Positions 47,796-62,337 of a stretch of 64,000 nt of DNA are shown here, in pieces; position 1 is the first letter of the stretch; each line of letters starts with the position of its first letter. Under the pieces are notes generated by a model. It was given only the letters and a program-made list of their open reading frames with translations. It did not search any database and was not told the DNA's origin. The translations under genes and the position numbers were made by a program. This DNA comes from Candidatus Aldehydirespiratoraceae bacterium (lineage in GTDB: Bacteria; Actinomycetota; Acidimicrobiia; Acidimicrobiales; Aldehydirespiratoraceae): positions 241,223-305,222 of the forward strand of contig CBDEVU010000017.1 of assembly GCA_965243715.1 (NCBI GenBank). The letters are read 5' to 3'.

Positions 47796-48808
47796 GTCGG
47801 CAGGCTACGCAACAAGGCGTGCAGATCGCCCGGTCCGATGGTCTCGTGGGCGGCCACTAGTTGACCGTGCGCCGATTCACCGTATTCCGGCCGCCCGACG
47901 TCGCGGAAAACACCGATCGGGGTTGGTGAACTACGATCGTCGGCGAGCCGGCTGATCGCAAACGCGACCGACGGATCGGGGGCCGCTTCGTCGTGTACGT
48001 GAAGCGCATCAACTCCCACTTCGGCAATGTCAACGATCAGGGCCACGCCATCGTTGATCAAAATGCCGCGCTCGTTATTGACCCCGAACCGAACCGGTTG
48101 ACCGTGCTGGAGTTTGATCAGCATCGCCTGGCGGGAATCCTTTTTCGTGATGGCACTGAACGCACCGTCGTTGAAGACGTTGCAGTTCTGGAACACCTCA
48201 ACAATCGCTGATCCTTGATGGTCATGGGCCCGCCGAAACATTTCCTGCATGTGTTGGCGATCCATGTCGTGGCTGCGGGCCACAAAAGTGGCCTCGGCCC
48301 CGAGGGCGAGCGAGATCGGGTTGAACGGCTCATCGATTGAGCCCATAGGGGTCGACTTGGTGACCTTGCCCACTTCGCTTGTGGGCGAATATTGACCCTT
48401 CGTGAGGCCGTAAATCTGGTTGTTGACTAGCAAGATAGTGAGGTTGATATTTCGACGCAGAGCATGGATCAAGTGGTTTCCGCCAATCGACAGCATGTCT
48501 CCGTCGCCTCCCACAACCCACACGTCGAGATCGGGGCGAGCCATCGCCAAACCGGTCGCGATGGCGGGGGCGCGCCCGTGGATGGAATGCATTCCGTAGG
48601 TGTTCATGTAGTACGGGAACCGAGCCGCGCAGCCAATGCCCGACACAAACACGGTGTCTTCGCGGCGAACGTCGAACTCCGGCATGAGCAACTGCATTGC
48701 GGTAAGTATCGAGTAGTCGCCACAACCAGGGCACCACCGCACTTCTTGATCGCTGACCCAATCCTTTTTGGTAGTAGCGGGATTCGTCGTCGATAGCGGG
48801 GCATTCAT
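47780..48808 (-). CDS. korB: 2-oxoacid:ferredoxin oxidoreductase, beta subunit
   Basis: WCPGCGDY and the TPP-binding GGDGD block. Confidence 0.85.
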   Translation of the reverse strand: MNAPLSTTNPATTKKDWVSDQEVRWCPGCGDYSILTAMQLLMPEFDVRREDTVFVSGIGCAARFPYYMNTYGMHSIHGRAPAIATGLAMARPDLDVWVVGGDGDMLSIGGNHLIHALRRNINLTILLVNNQIYGLTKGQYSPTSEVGKVTKSTPMGSIDEPFNPISLALGAEATFVARSHDMDRQHMQEMFRRAHDHQGSAIVEVFQNCNVFNDGAFSAITKKDSRQAMLIKLQHGQPVRFGVNNERGILINDGVALIVDIAEVGVDALHVHDEAAPDPSVAFAISRLADDRSSPTPIGVFRDVGRPEYGESAHGQLVAAHETIGPGDLHALLRSLPTWDVT

Positions 48809-50672
48809 GAGGTGACCTCCGTGATGCGTTGGACAAGCTCAGCCGCGGTAAAGGGCTGCCCCGAAACCTTAGAAATCACCCTGGCATCGACAAGGAACTC
48901 GGCTCGCAGAAGTTTCGAAAGTTGTCCGAGGTTCAATTCCGGGACGATCACGTTGTCGAAATCGGCCAGAATGTCGCCTAGGTTGGGGGCAAACGGGTGG
49001 AGATGGGTGAGGTGTACGTGGGCGATCTTCTCGCCGCGGCGCCGCATCCGGCCCACCGCTCCGGTGATTGCTCCCCAAGTCGATCCCCAACCAACGACGA
49101 TGGTGGCAGCGTCACGGTCGCCAGAAATCTCCAGCGGTGGGAGTTTCTCGGCGATCTTCTGGATCCGTTCCGCGCGCAGGTGAACCATCGCCTCGTGATT
49201 GTCGGGCGCGTACGAAATATGGCCGGTGCCGTCTTCTTTTTCGATGCCGCCAATGCGATGCATGAGAGTCGCGGTGCCGGGGATCGCCCAGGGGCGCACC
49301 ATGTCGTCGTTGCGTATATAGGGCCAATAGACCTCACGACCTTCGTCGTCGAGTCCGTTGGTTTCGGTCGCGAAGGTTGGATTTATGGAGGGTAACGTTG
49401 CTATTTCCGGCAGCCGCCACGGCTCGGTGCCGTTGGCTAGATAACCATCGCTCAACAGCAAGACCGGCGTGGTGTATTCGACGGCAATACGCACGGCCTC
49501 CAAGGCAGCGTCGAAACAACCTGAGGGCGAACGGGCGGCCACCACCGGCAGCGGCGCCTCGCCATGACGCCCATACATCGCCATCATGAGGTCGGCGGCT
49601 TCGGTCTTGGTTGGCAATCCCGTCGATGGACCCCCGCGTTGGATGTCGATAACCACCAACGGCAACTCGAGGCTCACCGCGAGTCCTAGGGTTTCACTCT
49701 TGAGAGCGAGACCAGGGCCGCTGGTAGTGGTGACACCGATGTGCCCGCCGTAACTGGCACCCAATGCCGACCCGATCGCGGCAATCTCATCTTCGGCTTG
49801 AAACGTGCGGACCCCGAAGTTCTTGTGTTTCGACAACTCGTGGAGGATGTCGGTGGCGGGCGTGATCGGATACGAGCCCAAGAAAAGCGGTAGTCCCGCT
49901 TGCTGGGACGCCGCGATCAGGCCCCACGACAGAGCGGTACTTCCGTTGATGTTGGTGTAGGTGCCCGCGGGGAGTTTGGCCGGTCGCACGGTGAGACGGC
50001 AGGCGGAAAGCTCAGCCGTCTCGCCGAAGGCATTCCCCGCCTTGTAGGCCGCCTCGTTCGCCGCGATAATCTGCTCTTGGCCCTTGAACTTTTCGCGGAT
50101 CCAGATCATGGTCGGGGCTGCGGGCCGTGAATAGAGCCAAGACACTAGGCCGAGGGCGAAGAAGTTCTTCGACCGTTCGGCGTGGCGCGGCTTCACCCCG
50201 AGTTCCTTGCATGCTTGCTTGGTTAGGGTGGTCATCGGCGCGGTAATAACCGTGTAACCGGCCAGTGACCCGTCTTCCAGCGGGTTGAGTTGGTAGCCTG
50301 CCTTAGCGAGGTTGCGGGCACTGAACGCGTCGGCGTTGGCGATGATGGTGCCACCGGACTCGAGTTTGGGTAGGTCGGCCTTCATCGCGGCCGGGTTCAT
50401 GGCCACCAACACATTCGGCGCGTCGCCTGGTGTGGTGATGTCGTGGTCCGAGATGTGGATTTGGAAGGCAGAGACGCCCGCTAGAGTTCCCGCGGGCGCC
50501 CGAATCTCAGCGGGGAACTCGGGAGTGTGGCCAAATCGTTGCCGAACAAGGCGCTCGCCGACGTGAAGCGATCGCCCGTTAGCTGCATCCCGTCGCCGGA
50601 ATCACCCGCGAAGCGGATGATGATCCTCTCCACCTCGCGAATGTTCATTGAAAGATCGGTGGTCTTGGTCAC
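48805..50672 (-). pseudogene. korA: 2-oxoacid:acceptor oxidoreductase alpha subunit, reading frame broken by an apparent 1-nt deletion near 50520
   Basis: The N-terminal 50 codons (VTKTTDLSMNIREVERIIIRFAGDSGDGMQLTGDRFTSASALFGNDLATLP) are in one frame. The expected continuation EFPAEIRAPAGTLAGVSAFQIHISDHDITTPGDAPNVLVAMNPAA... is in the -1 frame and joins track ORF 48805..50412. An AAGGGG RBS lies 6 nt before the GTG at 50672. Confidence 0.7.
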
Positions 50673-50747
50673 CTGCTGCCCCTTAGTTCCTAGCGGTGGT
50701 AGGTACCGGTAACGCGACCATAGGCCCCGCGCCGGTAGTAGGAGCAA

Positions 50748-51113
50748 TTACCCCGCCGAAGAAAACCCATCGCCCGCCTTCTCAGTCGCCTCAAGCAACG
50801 CGCCTGCCACCGCTCGCCTCGCCTTGGTCGAACCCGGCTTAGTGACTAGGGCGGCCGCCACTTCAGTACGGCTTTGGGTGCCGCCGCCGGTGCGAAAGAA
50901 GCGACGCTGGACGGTGCCGACCACTACGACCTGATCCCCAAAATCGACCCGTGGTGCCCGACTCGGCCTGAGCCACGAAACCGGCACGCTTTGTCGAGGC
51001 CCGTCGCCCGCCGCGTCGGTGGTGACCTCGTACTGAATCAGTTCATCGCCGGACGGCAATGTGCGACTCCGAGGTGTACTCGAAAGCGAGCCTTCCAAGA
51101 TGACAATATTCAT
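50748..51113 (-). CDS. short OB-fold, SSB-like protein
   Basis: MNIVILEGSLSSTPRSRTLPSGDE...VVVVGTVQRRFF resembles the single-stranded-DNA-binding OB core but has no acidic tail. Start chosen at the ATG at 51113. Confidence 0.5.
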   Translation of the reverse strand: MNIVILEGSLSSTPRSRTLPSGDELIQYEVTTDAAGDGPRQSVPVSWLRPSRAPRVDFGDQVVVVGTVQRRFFRTGGGTQSRTEVAAALVTKPGSTKARRAVAGALLEATEKAGDGFSSAG

Positions 51114-51236
51114 AACGTCTCCTAGCGAAAATAGCCCCTGCCCGAGCACCCTGAGATAGGGACCAAGACACTGGGCAGACCGAGGGGAAGTCGATGAGGT
51201 AACCATACGACCGAGTTGTGACAGCCCGAGCGTGAC

Positions 51237-52154
51237 TCAGCCCAAGGCCTTCACTCTGGCTTCAACATCAGCTAGGTCGGGGTCGTGGCGGGCCACCCAC
51301 TTGAACAGCTCTCGAGCTCGGGGCGCCCGACCGGCGCGGTCGTAGAGATCGGCGAGGGCGTAAGCACGGCGGAGGTGATGGCTTTGCGGTTTTTTGGGAG
51401 TAGGTCGGTTCTGTTCCAGCACCCGAATCGCTGCCGTGAGATCGCCTTGATCAGCTTTCGCACCAGCCACAACAATACGTCCCTCCGCCACCAACTCCGC
51501 ACTGGGTGAAGCCTTACCCAACTCAGCCCAGATCTCGTCAACGTCGCTCCAGCGCTGCAGCCCACGGTACGCATCGGCGAGCACTGGGTGCTGTTCGGTG
51601 GACCCGCTCAGCGCCCGGAACCTTTCGAGGTGGTAGACAGCTTTCTTCCACTGTCCGAGACGGTAGTGGACCAAACCCATGAGTTCACGGCCTTCGGGGA
51701 GTTCCGGCGCCTCCCTTACGATGGGAGCAAGTGCGTCATAGGCATCTCGGAAACGCTCGGCAGCGAAAGCCTTGCTCGCCGCCTTGAGCCGGCCATGGAG
51801 CGACTTCGCCCGGACGTCGCCGACCAATTTCGTTAGCGTGACCGCGGGATCCTTGACCGGATGAGGGCGAGCGGGAAGGGGCCGACGATCATCGGTTCGC
51901 CGGGATCGAGAGCGGTTTACTGCCTTCGCCGCGGTGCGTTCGAGATCTTCGGCACGGGGAAGCGGGCGCTTCGGAGGCGGACGCGGCGGGCGTTCGTCAC
52001 CTCGATCGGAGCCCGCTGAGTGGCGCTCTGGGCGCTGAGCCACCATTTCGGGATCGTCGTAATCCATGTTGCCCGCACCACGACGAGCGATTCGACCCCA
52101 ACTGGCTGGGCCCGCCAGGTCACGATCAGGCCGCCGCTCTCTATCAGTAGGCAT
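51237..52154 (-). CDS. tetratricopeptide-repeat protein with a basic, disordered N-terminus
   Basis: The C-terminal ~200 aa shows TPR-like helical repeats (A..AY..L..W, A...L). The ATG at 52154 is preferred because the track start at 52199 overlaps the 5S terminator hairpin. Confidence 0.6.
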   Translation of the reverse strand: MPTDRERRPDRDLAGPASWGRIARRGAGNMDYDDPEMVAQRPERHSAGSDRGDERPPRPPPKRPLPRAEDLERTAAKAVNRSRSRRTDDRRPLPARPHPVKDPAVTLTKLVGDVRAKSLHGRLKAASKAFAAERFRDAYDALAPIVREAPELPEGRELMGLVHYRLGQWKKAVYHLERFRALSGSTEQHPVLADAYRGLQRWSDVDEIWAELGKASPSAELVAEGRIVVAGAKADQGDLTAAIRVLEQNRPTPKKPQSHHLRRAYALADLYDRAGRAPRARELFKWVARHDPDLADVEARVKALG

Positions 52155-52192
52155 AGCAAGCAATCCTAGCGCCCGGCGGTGTCGGCGGCACG

Positions 52193-52233
52193 GGCGCAAA
52201 ACGCACTCGGACCCCGCTTCCGCGAGGCCCGAG
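52193..52233 (-). terminator. candidate intrinsic terminator of the rRNA operon
   Basis: On the minus strand, CUCGGGCCUCGC-GGAA-GCGGGGUCCGAG forms an imperfect GC-rich hairpin followed by UGCGUUUUGCGC. It lies about 10 nt downstream of the 5S 3' end. Confidence 0.45.
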
Positions 52234-52243
52234 TTGGAGAAAT

Positions 52244-52360
<117 letters not shown>

Positions 52361-52523
52361 TATGTTGTCGTCGCAGCCTCCTAGCTGCCCACCCTCAACC
52401 GAGGGGACAAAAGAACATGTGCACCGTGATGCGGTGCGAAGGATAGCCGAGGTCAGACCCCAGACCGCTCCTTCAGAACTCCATAGCGAACACGAACACC
52501 CAGATCAATTGATCAGAATGTAA

Positions 52524-55605
<3,082 letters not shown>

Positions 55606-55928
55606 TCTACATTAAAATTAAAATATCAAAGCAGTTGTCCGAAGACATCTGCTTAGATGCTCGTGCTCGCTATGCAATTCTCAAGAAGCTAAAGACAACA
55701 ATGCGCCCGACCAATGGCCGAGCGCAGCGGTTGCCAGAAGAAACGGATAGACCGCTCCCTCAAAGCGGAAGAGACGAACACCAATCATTGCGCTCCGAGT
55801 AGTGCGCCTTCGCGTTAAAGAAGGAGCCTCGTGAGGGCAAGGACTGATCATCCAAAACCGTAACGAGTGCCTAACTGGGAATCTCTCGAGTCGCCGACTC
55901 ATACGAGTCAGAACCATCGAGAGAGACT

Positions 55929-57452
<1,524 letters not shown>

Positions 57453-57846
57453 GATCTCCAGACCAGCCGAAGCTGTTCTGCAAATCGATGTATCGGTATC
57501 TCCCATCACGCTGACCGAGGTCTTTGTGATCGCGGGGAGACACCAACGTACTGAGAGCCGGCCACCGCTGGCTAGCAGTGACCATTTTGGTTTTGCTTCA
57601 TCATCGCAAGATGAATCGGCATGGCTCGCCGAGGCCGTTGAGGGTCCTCGACATATTTGAATTGACAGATAACGCCAATACGTCGCGAAACGTACTGCGC
57701 TACCCGCACTCGCTTTTGCGTCCGTCTCTTCCGTTTTCAAGGAGCAATCGGCACCGAAATGCCGGGCACTCGATCCGCAAGCGGAAAGTTGGTGCCAGTT
57801 GCCCGCTCCGACGAGGCCAAGAGGCCGCGGCTAGGAGCGAACTGCT

Positions 57847-57875
57847 ACAGTATCGGGACTATCTGGCCTGTGCAA
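57847..57875 (-). promoter_or_regulatory. candidate rRNA operon promoter
   Basis: The minus strand reads TTGCAC-N17-TACTGT (-35 at 57875-57870, -10 at 57852-57847), about 395 nt upstream of the mature 16S 5' end. Confidence 0.3.
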
Positions 57876-57933
57876 CCTGATAGGGCGATTTCTTTTGGAT
57901 CTTCACCATATTTCTCTGCGGCGGACGCCGCGG

Positions 57934-59226
57934 TTAGGGACCTAGCACCGCAAGGTGGCGTTGTTTCTTACCCCGCTGCACGAGGACGAACCGACCATCG
58001 ACTGGATCGACGGGCGCTGTCGTTGCCTCGAGTTTGTTACCGTTGATCCGAATGCCGCCCTGAACGATGGTGCGACGGGCATCGCTACGAGACGAACACA
58101 CCCGTGTAGCCACCAACAAATCCACCGCCGGTTCGTCCGTGGTGAGGACAGTCGCGGCGATTTCCGTCTCCGGAACTATCCCCCGCAAGGCCTCTAGGCT
58201 CTCGCCAGCTAGCCCCAACTCTCCCCGCGCGAGTCCGCCAAAAAGGACTGCCGCTGCCAGCGTGGCCCGCCGGACTTCGGCGCTACCGTGGATGAGTTCG
58301 GTTACCGAGTCCGCTAACGCTCGCTGAGCGATCCGCTCCTCTGGGGCCTGACGATGCCTCTCCATAAGGTCGGCGACGTCAGCTACCGAAAGCAACGTGA
58401 ACTGGAGCATGTTGCGCTCCACATCGCGGTCGTCGGTGCGCAGGAAGTATTGATGGAACTCGTAAGGAAGGGTGCGTTTCGCGCTTAGCCAGACCGCTCC
58501 ATCGGCCGTCTTACCGAACTTGGTCCCATCGGCGCGGGTGACTAGAGGAACGGTAAGGGCATAAGCGGTCGCCTGTGAACGCCGCCGTACCATGTCAATG
58601 CCAGCTGTGATGTTGCCCCACTGGTCGCTGCCCCCGATTTGCATCTCGCAACCCCAGTCGCGATGCAAGGCAAAGAAGTCGTTGGCCTGCAACAACATGT
58701 AGGAGAACTCGGTGTAGCTAATGCCGTGTTCGCCGTCGAGTCGACTCTTGATCGATTCTTTACCGAGCATCGTGTTCACCGTGACGTGCTTGCCGACGTC
58801 GCGGAGAAACTCCAGCACGGTGACGGGGCTAAGCCAGTCGCGGTTGTCGGCGAGTAGCGCCACCCCGCCGATGTCGAGCAGTTTCGCCAACTGCTGCTTG
58901 ATAGCAGCCAGGTTTCGGTCGAGTGTGGCGGCGTCGAGAAGGTTGCGTTCGTCGGAACGCCCCGAGGGATCGCCCACCATTCCGGTGGCTCCGCCCGCGA
59001 GGGCAATAGGTCGGTGGCCAAAGTCTTGGAAGCGGCGCAAGACTAGGAGCGGTACTAAGTTGCCGACATGGAGGCTGTCGGCCGTCGGGTCAAATCCGCA
59101 GTACACGGTGACCGGCCCGGCATCGAGTCGGCGACGAAGCGCTGGCTCGTCGGTGGTGTCTTGGATCAACCCGCGAGCGTGCAGATCGTCAAGGATGGCG
59201 GCGCCGCGGCGGACTCCGGTGCTCAT
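57934..59226 (-). CDS. tyrS: tyrosine--tRNA ligase
   Basis: YCGFDPTADSLHVGNL (HIGH), KFGKT (KMSKS-like) and a C-terminal S4 domain. The ATG at 59226 (MSTGVRRGAAILDDLHARGL) is preferred. The 63-codon extension in the track overlaps the divergent PBP gene. Confidence 0.9.
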   Translation of the reverse strand: MSTGVRRGAAILDDLHARGLIQDTTDEPALRRRLDAGPVTVYCGFDPTADSLHVGNLVPLLVLRRFQDFGHRPIALAGGATGMVGDPSGRSDERNLLDAATLDRNLAAIKQQLAKLLDIGGVALLADNRDWLSPVTVLEFLRDVGKHVTVNTMLGKESIKSRLDGEHGISYTEFSYMLLQANDFFALHRDWGCEMQIGGSDQWGNITAGIDMVRRRSQATAYALTVPLVTRADGTKFGKTADGAVWLSAKRTLPYEFHQYFLRTDDRDVERNMLQFTLLSVADVADLMERHRQAPEERIAQRALADSVTELIHGSAEVRRATLAAAVLFGGLARGELGLAGESLEALRGIVPETEIAATVLTTDEPAVDLLVATRVCSSRSDARRTIVQGGIRINGNKLEATTAPVDPVDGRFVLVQRGKKQRHLAVLGP

Positions 59227-59287
59227 GGCGCCAACGATATGCGGGTATGCGCTAGTTCGCTGTCGATTTACGGCAGAATAAGCAACC

Positions 59288-61693
59288 ATGCGCTGCCCTC
59301 GTCGTTTCCTCCTTGCCGCGCTAGCCGTCAGCGTGGTGACGACATCATGCTCGGTCGAGACTAAAGATTTCGACACCCTCTTCGGAGAGGACTTCACGGT
59401 TGACACACTCGACACGGCTCAATCGTCACGCATCTGGGATCGCCACGGAACCCTCATTACCGAACTTCGGGCCGAACAGAACCGCACCGATATAGAGTTC
59501 GATGAGATCCCCGACCTTGTGTATAACGCCGTAGTCGCCATCGAAGACGAGCGCTTCTGGGACCACGCGGGCGTCGACCTCAAGGCCATCTTGCGAGCGG
59601 CGCGGTCCAACGTCAGCGCGGGCGGGATCTCCCAGGGTGGCTCGACTATCACCCAACAGTACGTGGGCAACGTCTTTCTCGACCGGTCCGAGCAAACCGG
59701 AAGCCGCAAGATCGAAGAAATTTTCATGGCCCGCCGGTTCGAGCAGCGCTACAACAAGTCGTTCATCCTCGGAAAGTACCTCAACTGGGTCTATTTCGGC
59801 AACGGCGCTTACGGTGTGGAAGCCGCGGCACGCACCTACTTCGGCTCACCCGCTTGCTCCCAGCAAAAACTCGCCACCGACGTCGACGACCGAGAATGTC
59901 TCAAGGTCAACGAACTCACCATCGTCCAGGCCGCCACGCTTGCGGGCCTCATCCAAGCACCGGGTCGGTATAACCCGCACAAAAACTACGACGCGGCCCG
60001 CGATCGTCGCGACGTTGTGCTGTTGCGGATGTTCGCCAACGGCTACATCACCCAAGAAGAGTACGACGGGGCCCTCCTCGAACCTATCGTCCTCGTCGAC
60101 GACATTCCGATCCTCGAGGAGCAGTACCCAGCCGCCCACTTCGTCGAAGACGTCAAGCAGTGGTTCCTAGATAATCCTGAGTTCGCTGCCACTCGTGACG
60201 AACGAGTCACGCTTCTTTTCGAGGGCGGTCTCGACATCCACACCACCATCGATCTCAAATTGCAGGCCGAGGCCGAAGCCCACATCGACGAGGTCCTCCC
60301 GCAAACGGCGTCCAACGGAACACCGAATCCTGACGCCGCCGCAGTCATCATGGGAACCACCGCGGGCGACGACGGCCACATCTTGGCCATGGTCGGGGGA
60401 CGTGACTTCTTTGGCGGCGACAACGACGCTAAGTTCAACCTCGCTAGCGGATCCGGACGACAAGCCGGGTCATCGATGAAGCCGATCGGGCTAGCCGCCG
60501 CCCTTCAGATCGGCATCCCGATTACTAAGGTCTACGACGCCAGCAGTCCGCTAGAGATCGACAACAGAGCCGTCTGCGGTCCGATATGGAAAGTCCGCGG
60601 CGGCGTAGACGGCCCCAGCACCTTGGCAGACGCGACCAAATGGTCACGCAACACGGTGTTTGCCCAACTCATGGTCGAACTCGGTCCGCCGCGGTACATA
60701 GAGATGGCTGAAGCCCTAGGCATTGGTAAGGATCGGATCCAACCCGTCTGTGCCGCCATCCTTGGAACCGAGAACGTCAACATGGTCGAAATGGCCACGG
60801 TGTACGCCACCTTTGCCCGCGGCGGCGTACGGGTCGACCCAGTGTTGGTCACCAACATCACCCAACTCGATGGCACCAACCTCTACCAGCACGCACCGGA
60901 GTCCGTCATCGTGCTCACCAAGACAGTCAACAATCAACTCACTTGGGCGCTGAGCCAGGTGATGTCGGGCACCGGTCGGCGCGCCGCGCTTGACAACCGA
61001 AAAGCGGCGGGCAAAACCGGCACTGCGCAGAACAACGCTGATGCCACGTTCATGGGTTTCACGCCCCAGCGAGCGACCGCTGTTTGGGTGGGCTATCCCG
61101 ACGAACAGCTCCCCATGCGAACCCAGTTCCAAGGGGGCAAAGTCCAAGGTGGAACCTTCCCCGCAATCATTTGGAATAGACTCATGACCGCGGCCCATGT
61201 CGGAATCGAACCAACGGAGTTTCCGACCCCTCCCCCGTCGTCGACCACTACCACCCTCCCCGAGATACCAGAGGAAGCTGAAGTGCCGAACCTGGTCGGT
61301 CTTGAACTTACCGAGGAATTGATTACTCAGTTCAACGAGATGTTCTGGCTCATCGAGCAGGTTGAAGTAGAGACACTCAACCATCAGGCGGGGCAGGTCT
61401 TCAATCAGGTGCCGTTGGCGGGCCTGATCGTCCCCGGCGGCACTACCATCACGGTGGAGATCGCCATCGAACAGGTGACCTCGGCGGTACCAACGGTAAT
61501 CGGCTTGACCGAAGCCGAAGCCAAACAGGTAATCGCCGCGGCCGGTTTTGGCGTTGCCGTCGACCGAAGGGTGAATCCGGCCGCGAGCGACAATCCCCAC
61601 CCGCCGGGTATCGTCTGGGCCCAAATCCCGCAACCGTCCGCGCCAGGCGCGGGGATCAATACGGTCACCATCTCAGTCAACCCCATCCCCTGA
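59288..61693 (+). CDS. class A penicillin-binding protein (glycosyltransferase plus transpeptidase) with two C-terminal PASTA-like repeats
   Basis: GT51 motifs (EDERFWDH, GGSTITQQY, RKIEE), transpeptidase motifs SSMKP and KTGT, and C-terminal VPNLVGL...G.V..Q.P..G repeats. Confidence 0.9.
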   Translation: MRCPRRFLLAALAVSVVTTSCSVETKDFDTLFGEDFTVDTLDTAQSSRIWDRHGTLITELRAEQNRTDIEFDEIPDLVYNAVVAIEDERFWDHAGVDLKAILRAARSNVSAGGISQGGSTITQQYVGNVFLDRSEQTGSRKIEEIFMARRFEQRYNKSFILGKYLNWVYFGNGAYGVEAAARTYFGSPACSQQKLATDVDDRECLKVNELTIVQAATLAGLIQAPGRYNPHKNYDAARDRRDVVLLRMFANGYITQEEYDGALLEPIVLVDDIPILEEQYPAAHFVEDVKQWFLDNPEFAATRDERVTLLFEGGLDIHTTIDLKLQAEAEAHIDEVLPQTASNGTPNPDAAAVIMGTTAGDDGHILAMVGGRDFFGGDNDAKFNLASGSGRQAGSSMKPIGLAAALQIGIPITKVYDASSPLEIDNRAVCGPIWKVRGGVDGPSTLADATKWSRNTVFAQLMVELGPPRYIEMAEALGIGKDRIQPVCAAILGTENVNMVEMATVYATFARGGVRVDPVLVTNITQLDGTNLYQHAPESVIVLTKTVNNQLTWALSQVMSGTGRRAALDNRKAAGKTGTAQNNADATFMGFTPQRATAVWVGYPDEQLPMRTQFQGGKVQGGTFPAIIWNRLMTAAHVGIEPTEFPTPPPSSTTTTLPEIPEEAEVPNLVGLELTEELITQFNEMFWLIEQVEVETLNHQAGQVFNQVPLAGLIVPGGTTITVEIAIEQVTSAVPTVIGLTEAEAKQVIAAAGFGVAVDRRVNPAASDNPHPPGIVWAQIPQPSAPGAGINTVTISVNPIP

Positions 61694-61709
61694 TTTCTGA
61701 GGTCGACAA

Positions 61710-62288
61710 GTGAGCGAAACCAAACCCATCGAGGACGGCTGTGAGCCCGCCCCGCCCTACTGGACCTTCGGCCGGGTCGGGCTAGGGTTGGTGGTGATCG
61801 CGTTCGTGGCCTTCTGGGGCTGGATCTACCTCTTCGCCCCGCGCGAGAACCCCGACCGTTTCAGCACCACCGCCTACGCCAGCGCAGCCGAACCCATCTG
61901 TGCCTTGGCTCAGGCCGACATCGACGCTTTGCCGAGCGGTCGGCGCACACCAACCCCGGCAGAGCGGGCCATAACGGTGCGTCAAGGTACCGAGATCACG
62001 TCCCAGATGATCAACGATCTCAAAGCCCTCGCCCTCGTCCCCGGCCTCGTCCAAGACCCCAAGGACGCCACCACCCTGCGCCGGTGGTTCGAGGATTGGG
62101 AAGACGGCTACCTCGTTGATCGCTGGGCGCACGTCGAGAAGCTCGAAAACGCAACCGCCGACACCGACGACCGAGACCTCGCCTTCATTGTGCAGGAGCG
62201 GGTCTCGGGTGGTTTCTACACCCGGCGCATTGACGGCCTAGCCAATGTGAACGACATGGAGTCGTGCCACGTGCCCGGCGACATCTAA
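61710..62288 (+). CDS. hypothetical membrane-anchored protein
   Basis: 192 aa with one N-terminal transmembrane helix (GLGLVVIAFVAFWGWIYLF). The start codon is GTG. Lies 16 nt after the PBP gene. Confidence 0.55.
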   Translation: MSETKPIEDGCEPAPPYWTFGRVGLGLVVIAFVAFWGWIYLFAPRENPDRFSTTAYASAAEPICALAQADIDALPSGRRTPTPAERAITVRQGTEITSQMINDLKALALVPGLVQDPKDATTLRRWFEDWEDGYLVDRWAHVEKLENATADTDDRDLAFIVQERVSGGFYTRRIDGLANVNDMESCHVPGDI

Positions 62289-62292
62289 GCCG

Positions 62293-62337
62293 GCCAGCAC
62301 TGTTTAGGCCAGCACTGTTTAAGCCAGTACTGTTTAG
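62293..62337. repeat. 15-bp tandem repeat, three copies
   Basis: The units are gccagcactgtttag, gccagcactgtttaa and gccagtactgtttag. They fill the convergent intergenic gap, and the third unit carries the stop codon of the minus-strand NUDIX gene. Confidence 0.85.

Noticed and set aside
57916-57933. GC hairpin (GCGGC-GUCC-GCCGC) right after the tyrS stop as a terminator insulating tyrS from the rRNA operon
   Set aside because: The stem is only 5 bp and no U-run follows. It is too weak to call from sequence alone.
59227-59415. 63-codon N-terminal extension of tyrS in the ORF track
   Set aside because: The extension overlaps the divergent PBP gene start and has no TyrRS similarity. The ATG at 59226 gives the canonical N-terminus.
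60716-61633. Long antisense or out-of-frame ORFs inside confident genes (this 305-aa ORF inside the PBP gene; also 5347..6000, 13315..13776, 17555..18316, 31938..32612, 40677..41513 and many others)
   Set aside because: This is typical of high-G+C DNA, where stop codons are rare off-frame. The products are Arg/Pro/Gly-rich with no motifs, and each overlaps a gene with clear family signatures.
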